Shown: positions 17,538-25,282 of the stretch, piece by piece
How the letters are laid out: each line of letters begins with the position of its first letter
How positions within the stretch are numbered: the first letter of the stretch is position 1
Source of the DNA: Candidatus Woesearchaeota archaeon
GTDB taxonomy: Archaea; Nanobdellota; Nanobdellia; SCGC-AAA011-G17; ARS1178
Reading direction: 5' to 3'
NCBI GenBank assembly: GCA_964367025.1
Contig: CAYIWE010000002.1
Location: forward strand, 1-33,076
Length of the DNA: 33,076 nucleotides
Notes under the pieces: model-generated
The model's database searches: none
Told to the model about the DNA's origin: nothing
What the model saw: the letters and a program-made list of their open reading frames with translations, nothing else
Program-made: the position numbers and the translations under genes

Positions 17538-17740
17538 AAATTTCTTTTATTAAACCAATAGTTGAAGGTATAGCTTTCTTAATAATTATTATCTTTTTAT
17601 TTAATGAATTTGTTCAATTTCTGACTATCCTGGGTTTGTTCTCATCTGATGATATAAGATATATAGGTTTAATTTCTGTTTTATTGGCATTTGATAATAT
17701 GCTTTCAAAAACTTTTTTTGGTTTTAGATTTATCACTTAA
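17534..17740 (+). CDS. Small two-helix membrane protein, hypothetical
   Basis: 68 aa with two hydrophobic segments (IAFLIIIIFLF; IGLISVLLAF). It is translationally coupled to the 31-aa ORF. Confidence 0.45.
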   Translation: MKISFIKPIVEGIAFLIIIIFLFNEFVQFLTILGLFSSDDIRYIGLISVLLAFDNMLSKTFFGFRFIT

Positions 17741-17741
17741 A

Positions 17742-17764
17742 AAAACAGAAAAATTTATAAGTCT
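17742..17764 (+). promoter_or_regulatory. BRE/TATA promoter (copy 2 of the 23-nt repeat) for the pilin-like/peptidase/radical-SAM operon
   Basis: aaaacagaaaaatttataagtct, identical to 17400-17422. TTTATAA at 17754-17760 lies 26 nt before ATG 17786. Confidence 0.55.
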
Positions 17765-17785
17765 TGTTTATAGATTTATTTTAAT

Positions 17786-19639
17786 ATGTTAAAAAGAGGT
17801 CAGATAACGTTTTTTATAGTTCTTGGAATTGTAATTTTGGTTGTCATTGCTTTTTTATTTTTTATTAAGGGTCTCTATAAAATTCCTGAAAGAGAAAAAG
17901 TTATTCTTGCTCCAACTCAAAAGGATCCTGTTGAAAAGTATATGGAAAGTTGTATTATTAAAACAGCTAATGAAGCATTGGATAGAATTTATTTATATGG
18001 CGGGTATATTGATCAAACTCATTATATAAAGGATTATAACAAAATACCTTTATTTACCTACAGTTCTGAAGATATTATGTATAATATTCAACCACATCTA
18101 AAGGAAATAAATTATAGAATTGGTGAGTATGTAAAAAACAACCTACTTAATTGTGTTGATTTTACTGATTTTAGAAATCAGGGGTATAATATTCAAGATG
18201 GAAGTTCTGTAGATAAAGTAGTATTGGATATACAGGATAATAAAATTATTTTTAATGTTGATTATGCAATTGGTGTAGAAAGAGGCGGTGTAAAAAAAAC
18301 TTATGACAATTTTAAAACTTTTATTCCAAGTAAACTTGGGAAAGTTTTTGGTTTTATGACCGATATTGTCAATGAAGAGTGTATGGGTTATGAGAGTGGC
18401 TTATTGAATAATTTGGAGGATAGAGCCATTTATGAAGAAATTAAAATTTATAAATCTCCTATTAATGTTGGTTCTGGAATAAATAAGTATGAACTAAATT
18501 CTAAAAGCGACGGTAGGAGTTTTCATTTTGCTTGTCAAAAGGCCAGTTTAATAAGCGGATCTTTTGTTGAAAATCCGAGTATGACCGAAATTAGGGATTC
18601 TTCAACCATCAATCTTGAAAGTGGAATTTACGAAGTAGAAATTGTTAGTATGACTGAAAGTTCTGTCGAATTAGATTTTAAAAAAGGAAATTATGTTATT
18701 AAAAGCGTGTTTTTAAGTACTAATGGGAAGAATAACTGGCCATCTATCACTAAATTGGATTTAGATGATGATAAACGCAAGGATTTACAAATAGATTTGA
18801 GTTATGCTGATGGAAAGAATGTTAAATTGGTTTTTTATAAAGTTGTAGCAATACCACCTATAGCTGTTGTAAAAGTAAGCCCATCTATGATGAATAAAAA
18901 CGAATTAGAAGATTTAGTTTTTGATGCTTCTGGTTCATACGGTGTTAGTGCTGATATTAATTCTTATGAATGGGTTGTTGATTACTATAGGATGGATACC
19001 AACCAGATTAGTACTCGAAGACCAATTTCTTTCTCCAGTGGAAGCCCGAAGATTTTGGCAAAGAGCAATCCTAGTTCTGGTGATTTTGGATTAAGCGTTT
19101 CTAGTTTATTTAACAATGGGGGAACTTATGTTGCAAGATTAAAAGTTGTTGATGCTAATGGAATGGAAAATACCGCCATCAGTAATCCGTTTACTATATT
19201 TAATTGTAATTTAGTTGGTGAAGTAAAAATTATCAGCCCCATTGATGGAAGAAGTTATGAAACTTTACCAGAGTTGGTATGGCAGTATGAAGAAAATGGT
19301 CGAATGATTGGCGGAGTTAAGTATAGGGTTGAATTTAAATTACCTGGTGAAAGCAATTATAGGGATTATTTTGGAGAAATTTATAACAACAAATTGGATT
19401 TAAATGGAGTTGATAATTATATTGCTAATCTTAACAGTAAAGACCAGAACTTGATTGGTTTAACTGGTTATTATGATTCAAGTGCTCTTACTGCAAATGT
19501 TAATACTTTGAAGGACAGATGGGTTGGTTTTAGTGATGGAACTGAGATTTGGTGGAGGGTTGGAGCAAAATCATTTTGCAGTAATGAGGATGAGATTGTA
19601 TGGAGTGACGAAAAATATTTTAAGAAGAAGAATAGTTAA
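17786..19639 (+). CDS. Large class III signal peptide (type IV pilin-like) protein with a PKD-like domain
   Basis: 617 aa. The N-terminus MLKRGQITFFIVLGIVILVVIAFLFF fits the archaeal prepilin pattern (K/R-G then Q followed by a hydrophobic helix). The internal segment PIAVVKVSP...LVFDASGSYG...YEWVVDY...GTYVARLKVVDANGMENT looks like a PKD/Ig-like domain. Confidence 0.55.
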   Translation: MLKRGQITFFIVLGIVILVVIAFLFFIKGLYKIPEREKVILAPTQKDPVEKYMESCIIKTANEALDRIYLYGGYIDQTHYIKDYNKIPLFTYSSEDIMYNIQPHLKEINYRIGEYVKNNLLNCVDFTDFRNQGYNIQDGSSVDKVVLDIQDNKIIFNVDYAIGVERGGVKKTYDNFKTFIPSKLGKVFGFMTDIVNEECMGYESGLLNNLEDRAIYEEIKIYKSPINVGSGINKYELNSKSDGRSFHFACQKASLISGSFVENPSMTEIRDSSTINLESGIYEVEIVSMTESSVELDFKKGNYVIKSVFLSTNGKNNWPSITKLDLDDDKRKDLQIDLSYADGKNVKLVFYKVVAIPPIAVVKVSPSMMNKNELEDLVFDASGSYGVSADINSYEWVVDYYRMDTNQISTRRPISFSSGSPKILAKSNPSSGDFGLSVSSLFNNGGTYVARLKVVDANGMENTAISNPFTIFNCNLVGEVKIISPIDGRSYETLPELVWQYEENGRMIGGVKYRVEFKLPGESNYRDYFGEIYNNKLDLNGVDNYIANLNSKDQNLIGLTGYYDSSALTANVNTLKDRWVGFSDGTEIWWRVGAKSFCSNEDEIVWSDEKYFKKKNS

Positions 19640-19647
19640 TATATAAA

Positions 19648-21900
19648 ATGAAAAAAATTACAATTTTATTTGCTTTTTTACTCTTTTTATTAGTTTTGAA
19701 TGTTCAGGTTAATGCGGTTGGTTGTTGTGTTCAGAAAACTAACAGTGATGGAACAATGATGTATTGTAAATCTGATGATCAGAGTAGTTGTAATGGTGTA
19801 TATGATAATGGTCGTTGTGAGAATCGTGCAGAGTGTAATATTGGTTGTTGTTTTGTTCCTGAAGAAAAAAAATTTCGTTCTGGTATATCTCAAATAGAGT
19901 GTGTTGATTATTTAGAAGGGATATTTGATGGTAGTAATGCTGATTGTAGCCTTACTGAAGGTTACCAACTAGGGTGTTGCAATATTGGTGATGTTAGTTG
20001 TAATGTTGTTCAAAAAAAAGAGTGTGATCTTTTGGCCAGTGAGTATGGAATAGAGGATTATAATTTTGATTCTAGTTTGACAGATCCAGTTAGTTGTATA
20101 AACGCTTGTTATGGTGGAGAGACGGGCTGTTGTTATATTCCTGATGGATGTAAAAATGGAATTACACAAGGTGAGTGTTTTGAGAGTGGTGGAGAGTTTA
20201 TGGCCGGTCAATTATGTACAAACGATATATGTGATTGTGATGCTGGCACTAAGAATATATGTTATAATGATGATGTTGTTTTAGCAGATAATTGTGGAGT
20301 ACCCAAAACAGATAGTTCTGGAAATGTTATTTTAGCAGATAATGGAAATTGTGGAGGAACAACTACTTGTGGATGTAATGAGTATGATGACTGGGGATTA
20401 TGTGAACAGGACAAATTAACTTGTATACCTAGTTCTTGTAGTGTTGATGTTGTCTTTTCTGATTTTGGTTCAGTTGAAGAAACCAACAAGGTAATGAAGA
20501 ATGGTGAAACTTGGTGTGATTATATGATGGATATAAGTATAGAGCCCAATTTTAAAGATACTAGCGGGATGGTTATGGCAAATATTAATTTTATACAATC
20601 AAGGAATAATAAAGCCTATGAAAATTTATTGAATAATGTAAATAATTTAATTAAAGAAAAAGAACTTAGTGATGGTGTTAGCGAAACTGTTCAAAATATT
20701 GTAAGTGGCAATGAACAAGGGCCTGTTGCTTCGTGGATTGATGTTTTTTCGGGTAGATTAAGTAGTGATTATGGTATAAAACCTGCTTTTGATTATGGAA
20801 GAAATCACGCTGTTATGACTTGTGAGAATGGACAAATTAAAGTAAAACAACAGTGCGATGTTAACAGAAAAGAAATTTGTAATATTAAGGATAATGAAGC
20901 AAGATGTTTAACAAATTCTTATTTGAATTGTTATGATGCTACTAGTGAAGAAGTGTGTAGTGCTATGGATGATTGTGAGTGGATTGATAAATGGATTTTA
21001 AATAGTGATTATAATCCTTTACAGAATATTGAGGGTTATAGGGAAAATACCCAACAGATGGAAGAGTCCAGAACTCAACTTTCTTTAAATGAAAAGGTTT
21101 GTGTTCCTAAATATCAACCCGGAGTAGCAAATGGTGAAAAGAATTTATGTGAGATTTGCGGACAGGGTTCTACAAATGATTTGTTAAATCCTTTAATGGT
21201 TGATAGAGCGAGTAATTTAGGTGAAAATTTTAGAGTTAGTACTATTTCAACTGGTGTTTGTGGAAATAATGAATGTAGACATTTAGGTGATTGTCAATAT
21301 GAATTGGGCTGGAACAAAGATCAACAAAGATATCAGGGAATTTGTAAACCCTTTGAACCAAAAGAAAATCGTGGAGATTGCAGATTATGTAATAATTTGA
21401 ATACACCTTGTACTGAGGATTTATGCAATAAATTAGGCAAAAATTGTCAATTTTTAAGTTATGAAGGGGAAGATTTAGCAGATGTTAATTATAAACCCGG
21501 TGTATGTATGGATATGGATGAAGAGGATAGTATTGCTTTAACTTTGAAGTTATGGGATTATCCTTTAGATGATTATACTTTTGATCAAATAGTTGAAGAA
21601 AATGAATTAAAGGGGTATACAGTAAGGGGCGCTGTTGATATTGATAAACTTGAAAAAGAGAACGATGAAATGAGATTGGGAGTTCTTTCAAATAGACAAG
21701 CTGGCTGTTTTTATTACAAGGATTTTGCAGATGAGAACCCATTTAATGATGATGAACTTGAAAACCATAGGATGATTTCTGACGATAAATTTAGACACTA
21801 TGTTACTATACCTTTGGGTGTAATCTTTGATATTTCAAGGAATGAACCCAATATAATCAATGTATATTGCCGTATTGAAGAATCAGTTATCAGTCCATGA
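19648..21900 (+). CDS. Secreted cysteine-rich protein with repeated GCC modules
   Basis: 750 aa with a Sec signal peptide (ILFAFLLFLLVLNVQVNA/VG). Four N-terminal modules each open with G-C-C (VGCCVQ, IGCCFV, LGCCNI, TGCCYI), and there are dozens of further cysteines throughout. Confidence 0.6.
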   Translation: MKKITILFAFLLFLLVLNVQVNAVGCCVQKTNSDGTMMYCKSDDQSSCNGVYDNGRCENRAECNIGCCFVPEEKKFRSGISQIECVDYLEGIFDGSNADCSLTEGYQLGCCNIGDVSCNVVQKKECDLLASEYGIEDYNFDSSLTDPVSCINACYGGETGCCYIPDGCKNGITQGECFESGGEFMAGQLCTNDICDCDAGTKNICYNDDVVLADNCGVPKTDSSGNVILADNGNCGGTTTCGCNEYDDWGLCEQDKLTCIPSSCSVDVVFSDFGSVEETNKVMKNGETWCDYMMDISIEPNFKDTSGMVMANINFIQSRNNKAYENLLNNVNNLIKEKELSDGVSETVQNIVSGNEQGPVASWIDVFSGRLSSDYGIKPAFDYGRNHAVMTCENGQIKVKQQCDVNRKEICNIKDNEARCLTNSYLNCYDATSEEVCSAMDDCEWIDKWILNSDYNPLQNIEGYRENTQQMEESRTQLSLNEKVCVPKYQPGVANGEKNLCEICGQGSTNDLLNPLMVDRASNLGENFRVSTISTGVCGNNECRHLGDCQYELGWNKDQQRYQGICKPFEPKENRGDCRLCNNLNTPCTEDLCNKLGKNCQFLSYEGEDLADVNYKPGVCMDMDEEDSIALTLKLWDYPLDDYTFDQIVEENELKGYTVRGAVDIDKLEKENDEMRLGVLSNRQAGCFYYKDFADENPFNDDELENHRMISDDKFRHYVTIPLGVIFDISRNEPNIINVYCRIEESVISP

Positions 21901-22916
21901 TACTATTTTTTTTACCTTTTATCATTTTGTTTGGTGTATTAAGTTCTTATAGTGATATTAAGTATGGTAAAATTTTTAACAAACATATTATTATATTTTT
22001 GTTAATTGGTTTTATTTTAAATTTGTTATTAGTATCTTTTTATTATTTTAAAAATACCCCGATAAATTATGCTTACTTAATTGAATTATTTGTTAGCTCT
22101 TGTTTATCTTTGGTTATAGGTGTTTTGTTGTGGTTAATTGGTTTTTGGACCCCGGGTGATGCTAAACTGTTTTTTACTTACTCTCTTTTAATACCATTAA
22201 GCGTTTACAATATAGGATATATATTTTATTTTCCACAATTTAGTTTACTTGTTAATACTTTTGTTCCATTGTTTATATTTATGTTTTTTAAACTAATATT
22301 TGGAAGTTCGAAAGATGATAAGTTTAAGGCATTGAAAAACCTATTTAATCTTAAAGAATTAGTTTTTCTGTTTATTGCACTTTTCTCTTTTTCTTGGATT
22401 ATTGCAATCTTCGAAAGAAATTTTCTATTTAATTTGTTCATTCTCTTTTTGATTATATTCCTCTTAAGGAAATATTTTAAAGTCTTTTTAATTATTGTTT
22501 CTTTTTTGTTTTTTGTATTACGACTAATCTTTGATAAAAGTATTTATAATCTTGGCTTTTTAGAGAATTTTTTAATTTTTTATTTAATTTTTGTTTTAAT
22601 TAAATTTATTCTTGATTTAAGTTTTGAGTTTTTTACTAAAGAAATTAGTGTGAATCAATTAAAACCAGGGATGTTTTTAGCTGAAAGAGTTTTCAAAGAA
22701 AAAGGCAAAATAAAAAAAGAAAGAAAATTCTTTTCTTTTTTTAATCTTGATAATTCTTTTTTAGATGATAAGTTGATAGATGAAATTAAAAGCAAAGATA
22801 TTAAGAAAATTAAAGTGTATGAAACTGTTCCCTTTGCTCCATTTATGTTTTTTGGTGTTATACTAACATTATTGGTTAAAGGAAATATATTTTATTTTTT
22901 AGATATCTTTATATAA
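21897..22916 (+). CDS. A24-family aspartic prepilin/preflagellin peptidase (PibD/FlaK/EppA-like)
   Basis: 339 aa, polytopic. The first catalytic Asp context is SSYSDIKYGKIFN and the second is the G-x-G-D-x-K-L-like motif TPGDAKLF. The C-terminal VPFAPFMFFGVIL matches the I-P-F-G-P-F-L ending of A24 peptidases. Its ATG overlaps the preceding stop (ATGA). Confidence 0.75.
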   Translation: MILFFLPFIILFGVLSSYSDIKYGKIFNKHIIIFLLIGFILNLLLVSFYYFKNTPINYAYLIELFVSSCLSLVIGVLLWLIGFWTPGDAKLFFTYSLLIPLSVYNIGYIFYFPQFSLLVNTFVPLFIFMFFKLIFGSSKDDKFKALKNLFNLKELVFLFIALFSFSWIIAIFERNFLFNLFILFLIIFLLRKYFKVFLIIVSFLFFVLRLIFDKSIYNLGFLENFLIFYLIFVLIKFILDLSFEFFTKEISVNQLKPGMFLAERVFKEKGKIKKERKFFSFFNLDNSFLDDKLIDEIKSKDIKKIKVYETVPFAPFMFFGVILTLLVKGNIFYFLDIFI

Positions 22917-22937
22917 CTCCAATCCTTTTTGTCGATA

Positions 22938-23327
22938 ATGGATTTTGTTAATGCAGTTAAAGTCGATGATGAAAAAAAGAGGGTTTTGGTTAAGGTCAAT
23001 CCAAAGATCTTTCATTTAGATGTAATTTATGCTGCTGCTTATGTTTTGATGGACAGGGCGTATGTTTTTATTGATGGTGATCCTGAAAATGAGATTTTTA
23101 TTGAATTAAAATCTAAGGTTGATGGGGATTTAGAAAAATTGGGCAATGATCTTCATGAAGAGTTGATTAATTATTCTGTTTATTATTCCCAATTAGAGAA
23201 AAATAAGGGTATTAAATTAGCTATTTTACAAAAAGCATTATTGAGTGATGATTTAGAATTAAAATCAGAGGAGGATCCCCTTGGGATAAAAAAGGTGATG
23301 AAAAATGATAAAGAAGATAAAGTTTAA
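22938..23327 (+). CDS. HxsD-like small protein (long form)
   Basis: About 129 aa from ATG 22938. The segment IFHLDVIYAAAYVLMDRAYVFIDGD and the later HEELINYSVYYSQLEKNKGIKLAILQKALL resemble my memory of the HxsD family signature (LLNDYxLRE-type motif). It sits directly upstream of the radical SAM genes. Confidence 0.45.
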   Translation: MDFVNAVKVDDEKKRVLVKVNPKIFHLDVIYAAAYVLMDRAYVFIDGDPENEIFIELKSKVDGDLEKLGNDLHEELINYSVYYSQLEKNKGIKLAILQKALLSDDLELKSEEDPLGIKKVMKNDKEDKV

Positions 23328-23520
23328 TTTGGATTTTTATAATTTAAATGCAATAAAAAAAGCTGCTGAAGATTTTAAAGATGTTACACAAATTGAAGTT
23401 AAAGATACTGGCGAAGTTATTTTTATGCCAAATAATGGTTTGAATTTAGAATGGCTGGAAAATGAGTTTAAAAATTATGTTTTGGCTCTTTTAAAGGATG
23501 AACTAAGTCTCGATGAATAA
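23305..23520 (+). CDS. HxsD-like small protein (short form)
   Basis: 71 aa. FYNLNAIKKAAEDFKDVTQIEV and NEFKNYVLALLKDE repeat the two motifs of the preceding protein. It overlaps the preceding gene by 23 nt and the next gene by 1 nt. Confidence 0.4.
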   Translation: MIKKIKFNLDFYNLNAIKKAAEDFKDVTQIEVKDTGEVIFMPNNGLNLEWLENEFKNYVLALLKDELSLDE

Positions 23521-24941
23521 TGGCTATATCTTATTTTGCTGAAGATTTTTTAGACAAGGAATTTATTATAAATAATTATAAAGTTAGAAAAATAAGAGAT
23601 AGTTTTTTAGTTGTTGTTGACCATGGTTCTTGGGTTTTGTTAAATGATGATGAGTATTCTCTTTTGAGATTGGGAAGAGTTAAAGAGAATCTTAGTTTAT
23701 TCAACTTATTAAAGGAAAAAGGCATAATTATTACAAAAGAGAATGTTAAAGATATAATAAAACAATATAAAGAAAGATATAGCTTCTTAAATAAAGGGAC
23801 TTCTTTGCATATTGTTGCTGTTACACAAAGATGCAATCAAAGATGTTTGTATTGTTATGCTGAAGCTGAGAACCTAGAAAATAAAAACCACGATATGGAT
23901 AGTGATACTGGCAAGGCAGTTGTTGATTTTGTTTTTCAAACACCTTCTAAAGATGTGGTCATAGAATTTCAGGGTGGAGAACCTTTGTTGAATTTTGAAA
24001 CTATCAAAGTGATAATTGAGTATGCCAAGGAATTAAATAAAAAATATAAAAAAAATTTATATTTTGATTTAGTTAGCACTTTGACTTTGATTGATAAGGA
24101 TATAGTCAATTACTTGAAAGAGAATAATGTTGGTATATGCACTTCATTGGATGGACCAAAAGAGGTTCATGATAAGAATAGGAGATATTTAGGAGGCAAT
24201 GGGACTTATGAGGATGTTATCAGGGGAATTGATTTAGTAAAAGAAAATTATGGAAAAATAAGTGCCTTAATGGTTACAACCAAATTTTCTTTTCCCTATT
24301 ATAAAGAAATTATTGATGAATACGTAAAACACGGATTTATGAAAGTAAGATTAAAAAGCATGAGTAACATAGGTTATGCACAGAAAGTTTGGAAAGAAAT
24401 TGGCTATACTGGCGATGAGTATTTAGATTTTTGGAAAAAGAGCATGGATTATATATTTAAGCTTAATAGAGAAGATAAATTTTTGATTGAAGATTTAAGT
24501 AATATAATTGTTAAAAAGTTTTTGAATAAAAAAGATGTTTTGTTTACTGACTTACAAAGTCCACCTTGTGGCGCTGCAATAAGTCAAATGGCTTATAATT
24601 ATTCGGGGGATATTTTTACTTGTGATGAGGGACGATTGTTTGAATTGTTTAAGTTAGGTAATGTCAAAAAAGATAAATTTAGGGATGTTATAAAAAATGA
24701 GCAAACATGCGGAATTATATCTAGTTCTATGACTGATGTTCAATTTTGCGATACGTGTGTTTTTAAACCGTATTGCGGTTTATGTCCGGTGTGTAATTAT
24801 GCTGAACATGGCAGTGTTATAACAAAAATACCCTTGAGTGAGAGGTGTAAAATATTGAAGGGTATGTTCAGTTATTTATTTGAGAAGATGGTTTATAGTG
24901 ATGATAAAGAAATATTGTTTAATTGGACTAAGTACCGATAA
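23520..24941 (+). CDS. Radical SAM/SPASM peptide maturase with an N-terminal RRE-like domain (HxsB-like)
   Basis: 473 aa. The CX3CX2C motif is CNQRCLYC at about residue 104, followed by the GGEPLL box. The SPASM-type cysteines are C-x12-G-x4-C (CGAAISQMAYNYSGDIFTC) and CDTCVFKPYCGLCPVC. The first ~90 aa (SWVLLNDDEYSLLRLG...LFNLLKEKGIIITKEN) look like a PqqD/winged-helix RiPP recognition element. Confidence 0.8.
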   Translation: MAISYFAEDFLDKEFIINNYKVRKIRDSFLVVVDHGSWVLLNDDEYSLLRLGRVKENLSLFNLLKEKGIIITKENVKDIIKQYKERYSFLNKGTSLHIVAVTQRCNQRCLYCYAEAENLENKNHDMDSDTGKAVVDFVFQTPSKDVVIEFQGGEPLLNFETIKVIIEYAKELNKKYKKNLYFDLVSTLTLIDKDIVNYLKENNVGICTSLDGPKEVHDKNRRYLGGNGTYEDVIRGIDLVKENYGKISALMVTTKFSFPYYKEIIDEYVKHGFMKVRLKSMSNIGYAQKVWKEIGYTGDEYLDFWKKSMDYIFKLNREDKFLIEDLSNIIVKKFLNKKDVLFTDLQSPPCGAAISQMAYNYSGDIFTCDEGRLFELFKLGNVKKDKFRDVIKNEQTCGIISSSMTDVQFCDTCVFKPYCGLCPVCNYAEHGSVITKIPLSERCKILKGMFSYLFEKMVYSDDKEILFNWTKYR

Positions 24942-24949
24942 TTATTTAA

Positions 24950-25276
24950 ATGAGTTTTTCTAAATTATTCCTTATGAATAAACAAGTAAAATTGCCTGAA
25001 GTTAAAAAGAAAATTAATTTATTTCTATTGAGTGAAGAAGGCAAGATTTCTAAGCAAGCTTTGCTAATGGGCGGTGCTATCTTGGGCAGTGCTGTTTTGT
25101 CTGGTATTTTAAGCAGCAAGGTTGTTAGTGCTTCTGAGGAAAGTGGTGTTGTTGTTCATAATAATGATCTTAAATTTGGTTATAATAAAGATTTAGGGAT
25201 GGTTGCTGCTAAACATATCCATAATGTATCCCATAGCCAGTGTTGTAGTTGTGGCATGGGTAAAGTTTGTATGTAA
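24950..25276 (+). CDS. Candidate ribosomal precursor peptide (His/Ser/Cys-rich C-terminus)
   Basis: 108 aa (100 aa if it starts at the internal MNKQ). It has a basic N-terminal region, a hydrophobic Gly/Ala/Ser-rich segment ALLMGGAILGSAVLSGILSSKVVSA, and the C-terminal core KHIHNVSHSQCCSCGMGKVCM. It lies between the two SPASM radical SAM genes with gaps of 8 and 6 nt. Confidence 0.55.
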   Translation: MSFSKLFLMNKQVKLPEVKKKINLFLLSEEGKISKQALLMGGAILGSAVLSGILSSKVVSASEESGVVVHNNDLKFGYNKDLGMVAAKHIHNVSHSQCCSCGMGKVCM

Positions 25277-25282
25277 TTTCTA

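Noticed and set aside
19690-21742. Thr/Ile-rich minus-strand ORFs (19690-19893, 19969-20211, 20262-20489, 21485-21742) opposite the Cys-rich protein gene
   Set aside because: They are mirror images of TGT/TGC/GGT-rich coding sequence (Cys codons read as Thr/Ala on the other strand). They show no independent signals.
24950-25276. Calling the 108-aa peptide a canonical HxsA (His-Xaa-Ser repeat) protein
   Set aside because: The C-terminus has only a short His/Ser cluster (HIHNVSHS), not tandem H-x-S repeats, and is dominated by Cys. I therefore describe it as Hxs-like rather than HxsA.
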